Source of the DNA: Mycobacterium leprae TN
GTDB lineage: Bacteria; Actinomycetota; Actinomycetes; Mycobacteriales; Mycobacteriaceae
Direction: 5' to 3'
DNA length: 32,000 nt
Assembly (NCBI RefSeq): GCF_000195855.1
Contig: NC_002677.1
Location: 300,001-332,000, forward strand
In this document: in pieces, positions 10,909 through 23,091 of the stretch
How the letters are laid out: each line of letters begins with the position of its first letter
Numbering within the stretch: position 1 is the stretch's first letter
Program-made: the position numbers and the translations under genes
Notes under the pieces: generated by a model
The model's database searches: none
Told to the model about the DNA's origin: nothing
Seen by the model: only the letters and a program-made list of their open reading frames with translations

Positions 10909-12100
10909 TTGACAGAACAGCCGATTTTCTCACTCCAGGCGTCATCTAGGTTGGATTGGCTCGCCTCTGGCTCCGCCATCGAACCACGGTTTTACTACGA
11001 AAAGGGCCTGTGCGACATCATAAAATATCACGTGTCGATGACGTCGAGTGCCAACTTTCCGGATCGGGATTCGCCATCGGCGATGGACCCGAAGTTGTAT
11101 CGACTTTGGGAGCAAGCAAATGCCGCCGCCGGCTACCGATACTCGGTCGAGGCGCGGTCGGGATCGTAATCGATACAAGGTAAAGTGACGACGGTACCCG
11201 TCGTTTGGACCAACTACGGTTCCGCTGCGGCCAGCGAAAATTGGCAACTCAGCTGCTAAAGTTTGGTAAATTTCGCGTGCGCAGTGTTCGCAGGTTATTA
11301 CCAACAGTCAACCTCAAGACGTTGGTCCGTGATGACTCCATCCTATCACCCGAGGAGCCTGGCCCAGCATCGACCAACGAAATCGGTGCACGTCGACCTG
11401 GGCGGCTTGGCACCCGGGCATGACACGTTGCGGGCGTTGGTGGAATGGCAACACAGCACAAGGCAGGTGGTTCACACGTGATGAATTGTCCGCCGATGGT
11501 ATTGCCTCGCGACTGTCGAGATCTCTCCGGATCCAATTGTTACGCTCGATATTCCGCGCGGAAATCTAGCATCAGCCAACGACGAATGACGCTGTGCGCC
11601 TACATAGACCGAGTCTTCCGAGGGGGAAAGTCGTTGACTGTCCAGGAGGATTAATCAGTTATGCGAATGGGTGCATAGCGAGTTCTCAACAGATTCTTTA
11701 ACACCGGCTCGCTGGTACACGTGAAATTTTAGGTCGATGCGTAGTTATTGTATTATAACAATAATATATCATGCCGCGGTTGTCGGTGCTGGTCTGTCCA
11801 GACTCGGACAAGCTGGACATCACGAAAAACTACTGCGTGGGTGGTCAATGGGGTTTGGCGATTTGGGGGTATGCGGCGCCGAGAAGTATCCCGACGGGTC
11901 CTACTGGCACTAGTGGATGCAACGGTGTATTTAAGTGGGGTGACGCAGTATTATTATTACTTCGGCGACTGCGGTAACATTTTTCCTGACGTTTTCCCAA
12001 CTCCGCGACCGTCTGGTGGCTGCGATGGGACAATTCCTCCCCCCCCCCCCCCCCCCCCGAAGCTCGCCTTGACCGTAACGGCCGGTGGCCGCGGCCTGAC
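10909..12100 (+). pseudogene. Decayed coding remnant(s) of unknown family (positional equivalent of M. tuberculosis Rv1006)
   Basis: 1.3 kb between the pabB start and the metG stop. It holds only short ORFs (<=120 aa) that overlap in all frames. Patches are AT-rich (11650-12000), and a C20 tract is embedded. I recognised no motif, so the call rests on position and lack of coding integrity only. Confidence 0.25.
12039..12058. repeat. Homopolymeric C20 tract
   Basis: 20 consecutive C residues counted directly (12039-12058), 150 nt downstream of the metG stop codon, in decayed DNA. Confidence 0.95.
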
Positions 12101-12207
12101 CACAACGCCCAGTGACCGGGTCGTCGGAGGCCATGGATCACTCCGTTCCGCTCACTCGATTGCGGGTGCTTGTCTCGTTTGGCGTCAACTACGTGCGATT
12201 GTTCGTC

Positions 12208-13821
12208 TCACTCCCGTCGCTTATTGTGTTCTCTCCGCTTGCTGCTCGACTTCACGGGGTCCGCTCCCTCGATTTCGGAAGGCTGGTAGCGGGGGAACAC
12301 ACCGGTGGGTGGCGGCAGCACCGTGCCGGGGGCCAGCCGCACACTGACGGCAGTGAATGCCCGTTGGTCTTCCTCCTGGCCAAGCAAGTCCAACATCTTG
12401 CCGGCCGATTCCGGCATAACGGGCTGGACAAGCAACGCCGCAATCCGCACCACCTCGCAAGTCGTGTAGAGGACGGTACGGAACCTGGCCTGATCCGCTT
12501 CAGACTCGCTCTTACGCAAGATCCAGGGCTGTTGCGACGAAAAGTACTTGTTAGCTTCGCCGAGCATCAGCCAAATAGCTTCCAGGGCCAGGTTCATCGC
12601 CTGTCCGTCAAAGTTGCCGCGCACCCGCTCCAGCAAGCCGTCGGCCGTCGTGAGAAGCGCAGTGTCGGCGGAGGTGAACTCACTGGGTTCAGGCACTACG
12701 CCGCCCAGGTTCTTGGCAACCATCGACAACGAGCGCTGCGCCAGATTGCCGAATTCGTTGGCCAGGTCGGTGTTCATCCGGGTGATGATCGCCTCTTCGC
12801 TGTAGTTGCCGTCCTGGCCGAACGGGATCTCGCGCAACAGAAAATATCGAACCTGATCCACGCCGAACGTTTGTACCAGCGCCATCGGGTCAACGATATT
12901 GCCCACCGACTTGCTCATCTTCTCGCCGTGGTTGTGTAAGAACCCGTGTGCGAAAATCCTTCGTGGCAGCTCGATTCCGGCTGACATCAAAAACGCCGGC
13001 CAGTATACGGCATGGAACCTGATGATGTCTTTGCCGATCATGTGTAGATTAGCGGGCCAGTAACGACCGAACAACTCCGAGTCGGTGTCCGGGAACCCGG
13101 CTCCGGTGAGGTAGTTGGTTAGCGCGTCGATCCAGACGTACATGACATGGTCAGGATGTTCTGGGACCTGTACACCCCAGTCGAATGAAGTGCGCGAGAT
13201 TGAGAAATCTTCCAGCCCACCGGAGACAAAGCTGATCACTTCGTTGCGACGCACCTCGGGTCCGATGAAGTCGGGGTTGGCGTCGTAGTGGGCTAGCAAT
13301 TTGTCGACATATGCCGACAGTCGGAAAAAGTAGGTCTGCTCTTTCTCAGTCCAGGTGACTAGTGTGCCGGTTTCTACTGCTACTCGGATGCCGTTATCGA
13401 GAAGTTTGGTCTCCGAGTCGACGAAAAACCTCTCGTCGCGCACCGAGTACCACCCGGAATAGGTACCTAGGTAGATGTCGCCGGCCGCATCCATTCGCCG
13501 CCAGATTTCCTTAGCTGCCTTGTAGTGGTCGGCGTCGGTGGTGCGGATGAACCGATCGAAGGAAATGTGGAGTGCCTCTTGCATGCGCTGAAATACACCC
13601 GAATTGCGCCTGGCAAGTTGCGCTGTCGGCACGCCGGCTGCTTCGGCGGCCTGTGCGACCTTCAGGCCGTGCTCGTCGGTTCCGGTCAGGAAGCGCACAT
13701 CTAAGCCGTCAAGCCGCTTGAAGCGGGCAATCGCGTCGGTGGCGATGTATTCGTACGCGTGACCAATGTGCGGCGCAGCGTTGGGATACGCGATGGCAGT
13801 GGTGATGTAATAGGGCCTCAT
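12208..13821 (-). CDS. metG: Methionyl-tRNA synthetase
   Basis: 537 aa. Class I motifs HIGH (AAPHIGHAYEY) and KMSKS (GEKMSKSVGN). A GGTGGAG Shine-Dalgarno element lies upstream of the ATG. Confidence 0.95.
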   Translation of the reverse strand: MRPYYITTAIAYPNAAPHIGHAYEYIATDAIARFKRLDGLDVRFLTGTDEHGLKVAQAAEAAGVPTAQLARRNSGVFQRMQEALHISFDRFIRTTDADHYKAAKEIWRRMDAAGDIYLGTYSGWYSVRDERFFVDSETKLLDNGIRVAVETGTLVTWTEKEQTYFFRLSAYVDKLLAHYDANPDFIGPEVRRNEVISFVSGGLEDFSISRTSFDWGVQVPEHPDHVMYVWIDALTNYLTGAGFPDTDSELFGRYWPANLHMIGKDIIRFHAVYWPAFLMSAGIELPRRIFAHGFLHNHGEKMSKSVGNIVDPMALVQTFGVDQVRYFLLREIPFGQDGNYSEEAIITRMNTDLANEFGNLAQRSLSMVAKNLGGVVPEPSEFTSADTALLTTADGLLERVRGNFDGQAMNLALEAIWLMLGEANKYFSSQQPWILRKSESEADQARFRTVLYTTCEVVRIAALLVQPVMPESAGKMLDLLGQEEDQRAFTAVSVRLAPGTVLPPPTGVFPRYQPSEIEGADPVKSSSKRREHNKRRE

Positions 13822-13840
13822 CGAGACTCCACCCTATTGT

Positions 13841-14698
13841 GTGTGCGTGAGTTCTAACCGCCTAGTTAGACAACAAGACGCGCCTCCTGCGCCGGAACCC
13901 CTGTCACCGTTGGTCGATGCCCATACCCACCTCGACGCGTGCGGCGCCCGCGACGCCGATGACGTGAATGCCATCGTTGAGCGAGCCGCGGCTGTAGGTG
14001 TGGTTGCGGTCGTCACCGTCGCAGACGACTTGGAATCTGCGCGTTGGGTCATTGCTGCCGCCGGGTGGGACCGGCGGGTGTACGCGGCGGTGGCGTTGCA
14101 CCCGACGCGAGCAAACTCGCTCACCAGTGCCGCTCGGGCCAAGATTGAACAACTGGCGGCCCATCCGCGGATGGTGGCTGTCGGCGAGACCGGTATGGAT
14201 TTGTATTGGCCCGGCCGCCTCGACAGCTGTGCCCCACCTGACGTGCAGCGCGAGGCGTTCGCATGGCATATTGATCTTGCCAAGCGATGTGGCAAACCGC
14301 TGATGATCCACAACCGGCAAGCTGACGCGGAAGTGCTTGACGTCTTGCGTGCTGAGGGCGCCCCCGAGCAAGTAATTTTTCATTGTTTTTCGTCTAATGC
14401 TGCGATGGCCCGCCGCTGCGTAGACGCCGGGTGGATGCTCAGCTTGTCCGGGACGGTGAGTTTCCGTAATGCTCGTCCCCTGCGGGAAGCTGTTCCGTTG
14501 ATCCCAGCGCAACAGCTTCTGGTGGAAACCGATGCGCCATTTTTGACCCCGCATCCCCACCGGGGTCTAGCTAACGAACCTTACTGCCTTCCTTACACTG
14601 TTAGAGCCGTTGCTGAATTGGTTGAACGTTCCCCAGAAGAGCTGGCGCAAATCACCACTAGCAATGCTCTACGCGTGTACAAGCTAGGATCTGTATAG
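13841..14698 (+). CDS. tatD: TatD-family metal-dependent hydrolase/DNase
   Basis: 285 aa. VDAHTHLD metal-binding motif, GETGMDLYW, HCFS and ETDAPFLTP. The start is uncertain (GTG 13841 or GTG 13847). Confidence 0.85.
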   Translation: MCVSSNRLVRQQDAPPAPEPLSPLVDAHTHLDACGARDADDVNAIVERAAAVGVVAVVTVADDLESARWVIAAAGWDRRVYAAVALHPTRANSLTSAARAKIEQLAAHPRMVAVGETGMDLYWPGRLDSCAPPDVQREAFAWHIDLAKRCGKPLMIHNRQADAEVLDVLRAEGAPEQVIFHCFSSNAAMARRCVDAGWMLSLSGTVSFRNARPLREAVPLIPAQQLLVETDAPFLTPHPHRGLANEPYCLPYTVRAVAELVERSPEELAQITTSNALRVYKLGSV

Positions 14699-16968
<2,270 letters not shown>

Positions 16969-17041
16969 CGGGCGGGTTGGTTGCCTGCAGCGATATTCTG
17001 CTGTGGTGTTCGCGTCTGATGGTAACGCCGCTACACAGTGG

Positions 17042-17977
17042 ATGCCCACCGGGTCGGTCACCGTTCAGGTTCCCGGGAAGATCAATCTCTACCTCGCTGT
17101 CGGTGATTGCTGCGATAATGGCTACCACGAGCTGGTGACGGTTTTCCATGCTGTGTCGCTGGTCGACCAGGTTACGGTGCGCAACGCCGACGTGCTGTCG
17201 CTCGGACTTGTCGGCGAGGGCGCCAACCACGTGCCCACTGACGAACACAACATTGCCTGGCGGGCGGCCGAGCTAATGGCCGAGCACGTTGGCCGGGCTC
17301 CGGACGTTTCGATCATGATTGACAAGTCCATTCCGGTGGCTGGGGGGATGGCGGGCGGCAGCGCCGATGCGGCCGCGGTGTTGGTTGCGATGAACTCGTT
17401 GTGGGAACTCAGCCTGCCTCGACGCGATCTGTGCATGCTCGCAGCGAAGCTAGGCAGCGACGTGCCGTTCGCACTACACGGTGGTACCGCGCTGGGGACC
17501 GGTCGCGGTGAGGAGCTAGCTACCGTGTTGTCCCGCGCCACTTTCCACTGGGTGTTGGCGTTCGCCGACAGCAGTTTGCTCACTCCGGCGGTGTACACCG
17601 AGTTTGACCGGCTCAGGGATGTCGGAAATCCACCACGGCTTGCCGAACCCGGGCCGGTGTTGGCCGCCCTGGTCGCCGCCGATCCCGAACAGTTGGCGCC
17701 GTTGCTAGGCAATGAATTGCAAGCGGCCGCGGTCAGCTTGGACCCGGCGCTACGGTGTGCGCTCCGCGCCGGTATGGAAGCGGGTGCGCTCGCGGGCATT
17801 GTGTCTGGCTCGGGTCCTACCTGCGCATTCCTGTGTGCCTCGGCGACTTCGGCGATCGATGTCGGTGCGCAGTTGGCAGGGGCGGGTGTCTGTCGCACTG
17901 TTCGGGTCGCCACCGGACCAGTACCCGGTGCTCGGGTGGTACATGCGCCCATGAGCCGAGGTCTGAATGACATGTGA
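17042..17977 (+). CDS. ispE: 4-diphosphocytidyl-2-C-methyl-D-erythritol kinase (MEP pathway)
   Basis: 311 aa from ATG 17042 ([18 protein letters not shown]). GHMP-kinase motif [15 protein letters not shown]. The ORF-track start at 16847 lies inside ksgA and is too far upstream. Confidence 0.92.
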   Translation: MPTGSVTVQVPGKINLYLAVGDCCDNGYHELVTVFHAVSLVDQVTVRNADVLSLGLVGEGANHVPTDEHNIAWRAAELMAEHVGRAPDVSIMIDKSIPVAGGMAGGSADAAAVLVAMNSLWELSLPRRDLCMLAAKLGSDVPFALHGGTALGTGRGEELATVLSRATFHWVLAFADSSLLTPAVYTEFDRLRDVGNPPRLAEPGPVLAALVAADPEQLAPLLGNELQAAAVSLDPALRCALRAGMEAGALAGIVSGSGPTCAFLCASATSAIDVGAQLAGAGVCRTVRVATGPVPGARVVHAPMSRGLNDM

Positions 17978-18219
17978 AATCTAACTCAAATTTACGTTAT
18001 CGTTTGGCAGTGACTTAAGAGGAGTTTAAGATTCCTTGCGGTGACGTCGACGTTGTGTCGGTGGGCGATTAACGAATCGCGGGGTCGTCGGCTCATCGCT
18101 GATTCGAGATTTAACTGCTCCCCAACTAGTGCACGTGTGCTTGCTACACAGCGACGTCCAGCAGGCTGAACATGATATCCCAAGGCCCTTGGGGAAAATA
18201 TCGGAACCGAGGAGGGGTT

Positions 18220-19854
18220 GTGAGCAAGTTTACCGAGAAGATGTTCCGCAACGCCCGTGAGTCCTCAAAGGGCATAGTGACAGGTGAGCCACACAATCCG
18301 GTTCGTCACACCTGGGGTCAGGTGCATGAGCGCGCTAGCCGAATAGCCGGTGGGTTGGCAGGTGTCGGTGTTGGTCACGGCGACGCGGTCGGTGTGCTCG
18401 TTGGCGTGCCGGTGGAGATTGCTCCGACCGCACAAGGGCTGTGGATGCGCGGCGCTAGCCTAACCATGCTGCATCAGCCCACCCCGCGGACCGACCTGGC
18501 GGTATGGGAAGAAGACACCACCACCGTCATCGACATGATCGAAGCCAAAGCGGTCATCATCTCCGACCCGTTTATGGCGGTAGCGCCAATTCTGGAGGCT
18601 CGCGGTGTTAAGGTGGTGACCGTCGAGCAGTTGTTGGCAGCCGATCCGGTCGACCCGATCGAAACTGACGAGGACGATCTGGCGCTGATGCAATTGACAT
18701 CCGGCTCCACGGGTTCGCCCAAAGCTGTCCAGATTACTCACCGTAACGTGTATTCCAATGTCGAAGCTATGTTTATCGGCGTCAGGTACAACGTCGAGAA
18801 AGACGTGATGATCAGCTGGCTGCCGTGCTTTCATGACATGGGGATGATCGGGTTTTTGACCGTGCCGATGTACTTCGGCGCCGAGCTGGTCAAAGTCACC
18901 CCGATAGACTTCTTGCGCGACACTTTGCTGTGGGCCAAGCTGATCGACAAGTACAAGGGCACCGTCATCTGCGGCCCGAACTTTGCCTACTCGCTGTTTA
19001 CCAAGCGGCTGCGCAAGCAAGCCAAACCTGGCCAGTTCGACTTGTCGACTCTGCGGATTGCGATGTCAGGTGCTGAACCGGTGGACCCGGCGGACGTCGA
19101 GGACTTGATCGACGCGGGCAGGCCGTTCGGCTTCAGGCCGGAGGCCATCCTGCCCGCATACGGAATGGCCGAGACCACACTGGCGGTCTCGTTCTCACCG
19201 GTTGGAGAGGGGTTGCTTGTTGACGAGGTGGATGCCGACCTGTTGGCCGCGCTGCGCCGTGCGGTGCCAGCCACCAAGGGCAACATCCGCCGGCTGGTTT
19301 CACTCGGTCCGCTGCTGGACGGCCTGGAGGTCCGTATCGTTGATGAGGATGGCAATGTGCTTCCGTCCCGAGGTGTCGGCGTGATCGAGTTGCGTGGGGA
19401 GTCGCTGACCCCGGGCTATATCACGATGGGCGGCTTCATCTCGGCCCAAGATGAGCACGGTTGGTATGACACTGGGGATCTCGGCTATCAGATGGAAAAC
19501 GGTCACATTGTAGTGTGTGGTCGGGTCAAGGACGTCATCATCATGGCTGGCCGCAATGTATACCCGACCGACATCGAACGAGCGGCGGGTCGGGTTGATG
19601 GTGTCCGCCCGGGTTGTGCAGTGGCCGTACGACTCGACGCCGGGCATTCGCGTGAGACCTTCGCTGTCGCTGTCGAGTCGAACGCTTTCGAGGACACCGC
19701 CGAAGTGCGCCGCATTGAGCATCAGGTGGCGCACGAGGTGCTCAAAGAGGTGGATGTGCGGCCACGCAACGTGGTGGTTCTCGGCCCGGGAACCATTCCG
19801 AAGACGCCGTCGGGCAAACTGCGGCGGGCCAGTTCCGTTACCCTCGTCACCTAG
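18220..19854 (+). CDS. Fatty-acyl-AMP/CoA ligase (FadD-like adenylating enzyme; Rv1013/pks16 position)
   Basis: 544 aa from GTG 18220, preceded by GGAGG at 18211-18215. AMP-binding motif [15 protein letters not shown], plus YGMAETT and GWYDTGDLG. Confidence 0.85.
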   Translation: MSKFTEKMFRNARESSKGIVTGEPHNPVRHTWGQVHERASRIAGGLAGVGVGHGDAVGVLVGVPVEIAPTAQGLWMRGASLTMLHQPTPRTDLAVWEEDTTTVIDMIEAKAVIISDPFMAVAPILEARGVKVVTVEQLLAADPVDPIETDEDDLALMQLTSGSTGSPKAVQITHRNVYSNVEAMFIGVRYNVEKDVMISWLPCFHDMGMIGFLTVPMYFGAELVKVTPIDFLRDTLLWAKLIDKYKGTVICGPNFAYSLFTKRLRKQAKPGQFDLSTLRIAMSGAEPVDPADVEDLIDAGRPFGFRPEAILPAYGMAETTLAVSFSPVGEGLLVDEVDADLLAALRRAVPATKGNIRRLVSLGPLLDGLEVRIVDEDGNVLPSRGVGVIELRGESLTPGYITMGGFISAQDEHGWYDTGDLGYQMENGHIVVCGRVKDVIIMAGRNVYPTDIERAAGRVDGVRPGCAVAVRLDAGHSRETFAVAVESNAFEDTAEVRRIEHQVAHEVLKEVDVRPRNVVVLGPGTIPKTPSGKLRRASSVTLVT

Positions 19855-19964
19855 TGTTCGACCGGCAGCCGAGCTGATGAAAACTGCCATGGTTTCCGGC
19901 GTGTCGTTTTACGGAAATGCGGAAATGCGCCCTCGTGGGGTGCAGCTGAGGACGCGACCGGCTG

Positions 19965-20564
19965 CTACCAGGCGTGCACGTGGTTCTGTGCGGGCTCTAG
20001 GCCCAATCCGACCAACAATTCGGTGGCGTCGGCGGCCCGCTTGCAGATGGTGGGAACCTGCATGCGTTCGGCAGTGGTGAAGTTCTCCAACACAAACGAC
20101 GCCGGATCTTTGCGGCCAGTCGGACGACCAATCCCGATGCGCACCCGCTGAAAGTCTTTGGTACCCAACGCGGCCGCCACCGAGCGCAGCCCGTTGTGGC
20201 CACCCTCGCCGCCGCCGAGTTTGAGCCGGATACGACCGAAGTCGAGGTCGAGGTCGTCGTGGACGATGATGATGTCCGCGGGGGTTACCGAGTATAATTT
20301 CGCTAGTAGCCCCACCTGCTGGCCAGACTCGTTCATGTAGTTGCGTGGCTTGGCCACCAACATCGAACACCCCGCCAGACGGCCGTTGACGACGTCAGCG
20401 CCAGAACGCTTATGCACCTCGAATTTCGAGCCCAGTCGCACAGCGAGCAGGTTGGCAACCATAAACCCAACGTTGTGTCGGGTACGGCCATAGTTTTTGC
20501 CGGGGTTGCCTAGGCCGACCACCAACCGGGGGTACCACCCGCTGGCCAATGTGGGTTCGGCCAC
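19965..20564 (-). CDS. pth: Peptidyl-tRNA hydrolase
   Basis: 199 aa with [21 protein letters not shown]. It starts 12 nt downstream of the rplY stop on the same strand. Confidence 0.93.
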   Translation of the reverse strand: MAEPTLASGWYPRLVVGLGNPGKNYGRTRHNVGFMVANLLAVRLGSKFEVHKRSGADVVNGRLAGCSMLVAKPRNYMNESGQQVGLLAKLYSVTPADIIIVHDDLDLDFGRIRLKLGGGEGGHNGLRSVAAALGTKDFQRVRIGIGRPTGRKDPASFVLENFTTAERMQVPTICKRAADATELLVGLGLEPAQNHVHAW

Positions 20565-20576
20565 CGCGCGAACCGC

Positions 20577-21224
20577 CTACTCGGACTCGGTTGCGGCGGT
20601 CTTGTTTTCGGCTGTTCCTACTTCCGGAGCTTCGTGTGCCTCGCCTGCGTATTTGGCCTTGGTTTGTGCGTCCGTCGGCGCGTTTACCACATTGACTACC
20701 AGCATCTCCGGGTCGGAAACTAGAGTGACGCCCACCGGCAGGGGTATCTGCCTGGCGGTGAACTGGGTACCCGGTTCGGCGCCTTCGATGGACATGGTCA
20801 ACTGCTCGGGAATCGACAGCGCCTCGGCCTCGATCTCGATGGAGGTGGTCTCCTGGGTGACCAGGATGTCGGGTCCAGCGTCGCCCTCGACCTCAACGGG
20901 GACTTCGACGACGATCTTTTCTCCACTACGGACGACCAGCAGGTCGGCGTGCATGATGGTGTGGCGGATCGGATGGACGTCGATTGCTTTAGTCAACGCC
21001 AACTGTTCCTTTCCAGCGACCTCGAGAGTGAGCACCGCATTAGTGCCGACGTGTCGGAGTACAGCGGAGAAAGCGTGTGCCGGCAACTCCAGGTGCTGTG
21101 GCTCCTCGCCGTGGCCGTAGAGGACGGCGGGAACCTTGCCGTCACGCCGGGCTCTCCGGGACGCGCCCTTGCCGGTGTTAGTACGCACCGATACGCTCAG
21201 CTTGTTGACGGTTGACTTAGCCAT
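20577..21224 (-). CDS. rplY: 50S ribosomal protein L25 / general stress protein Ctc
   Basis: 215 aa. N-terminus [39 protein letters not shown] and an acidic C-terminal extension. Confidence 0.93.
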   Translation of the reverse strand: MAKSTVNKLSVSVRTNTGKGASRRARRDGKVPAVLYGHGEEPQHLELPAHAFSAVLRHVGTNAVLTLEVAGKEQLALTKAIDVHPIRHTIMHADLLVVRSGEKIVVEVPVEVEGDAGPDILVTQETTSIEIEAEALSIPEQLTMSIEGAEPGTQFTARQIPLPVGVTLVSDPEMLVVNVVNAPTDAQTKAKYAGEAHEAPEVGTAENKTAATESE

Positions 21225-21299
21225 GATGTCGCCTCCTGTGTGCTGTATGCCTTGAGATTCGGGGGTAGGAGCGCGACGTCTAAGTCGGTTTCCGTCGAT

Positions 21300-22150
21300 A
21301 ACGGTGTGCTGGAAGTCTGGTTAACCGCCATCCACATCCACCCTCGCTGTGAGGTCCGGAAAGGCCAGCGGATAGGAACCTCAGAGGGAAATTTGGCCCC
21401 TGTGATTTGCTCGGGCACTCTAACACAGCGCAGTGGCGGTAGCTGTTTGCCGGGCCGCCCGATTGCGGTCCCTCGCTGGCTTTGGCCGATAAAAGGCCGA
21501 ACTTCGGGTCGGCGAACGTGTTGCCCGGCACATCCCGTGATACGGCGCACAATGATTTCTGGTCGTCGAAATCGATGTTGGTGGTTGGTGTCGGCCCGCA
21601 TCAGTGCGTCGCCGAATTTGTGGCCCGAAGTGTTCTTGCAAGTCGGTATGTTGAGTAGCCGGGATGGGCGGCCAGTGTTCGCAGCGACGAACACTGGCCG
21701 TGGTGAGACGCCGCTGCAGCTCGCTGGTGAACAGTAGGTTGGCGAGCCTAGACTGGTTGTAAGCCCGCAGACTGGACGTGGGGATGCGGGCATGCTCGAG
21801 GGCCTCCCAAGGTTAGTTCCAGCGTCGCCAACGCACCCACCAGCTTAGTGTCAGCTATCCATTGCTGCAATGTTTTGGGACCAAAACTGCTCATATTCCT
21901 CCTTGAGGCCCACGATCATCGCAGAAATTTTGCCCGAACAATTATCCATGATCTGCTTTTTCACTGAACACGGGGTGAGAGCGATGTACTGCGGGGCACC
22001 GCATTGTTAACCGCCGCCTCATAAGCTTACCTGAAGATCAGGGTCTGGTGGGTGGTCACATTGATATTCTGTCCAACCGGTCTCGCGCCGCTACCGGTAG
22101 GGCACGGCCGCTTTGGCCGTGTGTGTCGCTGTCGGATCTAGCCACTCTCG
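21300..22150 (-). pseudogene. Short-chain dehydrogenase/reductase (classical SDR, retinol-dehydrogenase-like) pseudogene
   Basis: Minus-strand translation around 21700-21790 reads HARIPTSSLRAYNQSRLANLLFTSELQRRL. This is the SDR YxxSKxANxLF active-site block with the catalytic Lys changed to Arg (AGG at 21747-21749, Tyr codon at 21759-21761). It is preceded by an in-frame TAA. An upstream remnant EEYEQFWSQNIAAMDS* resembles DGFExQFGTNHLGHF. A Gly-rich-loop remnant GRALPVAARD lies near 22100. The reading frame is broken repeatedly. Confidence 0.6.
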
Positions 22151-22398
22151 CTGCAGCGTGCTTAACACATAGTTAAATGCCGTAGCTTCAATACTAAAAG
22201 CTTATTCGCCAAGTCTTGCCGAGTGTTGGCGGCGGCATACATATATGCTGGAGAAAATAGTCTCTGGTGTTTAGCTTATTCGAAATACATCTCTTTGTTT
22301 TGTCCCTTCTGGCTGGGGCCCAGGTAGTTCATCAGCTGCGGGCGTCAAGGATCTAACCGCCGTGGCGTGGAAGCAGCCGCGACTGCTTTGGGCCGGAA

Positions 22399-23076
22399 TT
22401 ACTTGGGGGCGACGACAAAGCCGCGGATGATAGCCTCGATATCGTTTGATTGTGCGACCGCCTCGTTGGCCAAGCTGGTAATGGTGAGCTGAACGAGATA
22501 CTGTTGCTTAGAGGGTGGTGGACCGGTGGGGATCACGATTCGGTTCCAGGCATGTAGTCGCCTGCCCTCGAGGTCATAGCTGCCTTGGATCATTGCCGAC
22601 GGAAAACCGTTGTAGTTTGCCGTCGAAACGTCCAGCTGCCTGAAGTTCTCGAAGAGTTGGGCATCGTCGTTCCCGTGTTTGATGACTTGGGTTGGGTCGA
22701 AGTCTCCGCGCAGCTTGAACGCTACGAGCCTTGCCGTCGGGTACTTGCCGCTTTTGGCGATGATCAGCGTCTCCGGTGTGATGTTCGGATTGCTATACGG
22801 CGACCAGCCCGGTGGGGTCGGTATCGACACGGTCAGACCGGGCAGGGAGCTCGGCGCCACCTGCTGCCCGGTGACGCCGATACTTTCCAGATATTGCGGC
22901 AAAGGGATGGGCTTGTCGGGTGTGGTCGTAGTGGTTGTAGAACTTTTCGACAGGATTAATTGGTAGTCAGGGGTTTTCGTCCCGCAGGAGACCGCGGATA
23001 TGCTCAGCGTGACTACCGCGGCAGCGGTGTGCAGCCCGAGACGGATTGCCTGCATCATCGTCGCTTCGTTCTGCAT
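22399..23076 (-). CDS. lpqT: Lipoprotein LpqT (LpqN/LpqT family)
   Basis: 225 aa. Signal peptide and lipobox-like LSISAVSCG, a Thr-rich linker, and a conserved C-terminal half (...YLVQLTITSLANEA...). Sits at the Rv1016c position. Confidence 0.8.
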   Translation of the reverse strand: MQNEATMMQAIRLGLHTAAAVVTLSISAVSCGTKTPDYQLILSKSSTTTTTTPDKPIPLPQYLESIGVTGQQVAPSSLPGLTVSIPTPPGWSPYSNPNITPETLIIAKSGKYPTARLVAFKLRGDFDPTQVIKHGNDDAQLFENFRQLDVSTANYNGFPSAMIQGSYDLEGRRLHAWNRIVIPTGPPPSKQQYLVQLTITSLANEAVAQSNDIEAIIRGFVVAPK

Positions 23077-23091
23077 CGTCGCTGGAGGCTT

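Noticed and set aside
11748-12347. 199-aa + strand ORF containing a PPPPPPPP run
   Set aside because: The proline run is simply the C20 homopolymer translated. The ORF runs from AT-rich junk into the antisense of the metG 3' end, and no motifs are present.
12112-12939. 275-aa + strand ORF overlapping the 3' half of metG
   Set aside because: It is antisense to metG, which has clear HIGH and KMSKS motifs, and no family signature is visible. Its 5' end starts in the decayed region just after the C20 tract.
17122-17973. 283-aa ORF antisense to ispE
   Set aside because: Its Ala/Ser/Pro/Arg-rich translation has no recognisable domain, and it is completely contained in the well-supported ispE frame. 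It is a GC-rich shadow ORF.
18044-18053. Perfect 10-bp palindrome ACGTCGACGT in the ispE-ligase intergenic region (Rv1012 position)
   Set aside because: It is short and GC-rich, so it is expected by chance at this composition. It has no flanking half-site repeat, no nearby -10 or -35 context, and no recognisable Rv1012 remnant.
19903-19918. Tandem 8-bp duplication GGAAATGC x2 between the convergent ligase gene and pth
   Set aside because: There are only two copies of a very short unit in a 110-bp convergent spacer. This is more likely a slippage scar than a functional element, and no convincing terminator hairpin lies around it.
21197-21793. 198-aa minus-strand ORF overlapping the rplY start codon
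   Set aside because: It overlaps the rplY 5' end by 28 nt. It reads through the SDR pseudogene in a frame different from the frame that carries the YxxSK block, so it is a by-product of pseudogene decay rather than a gene.
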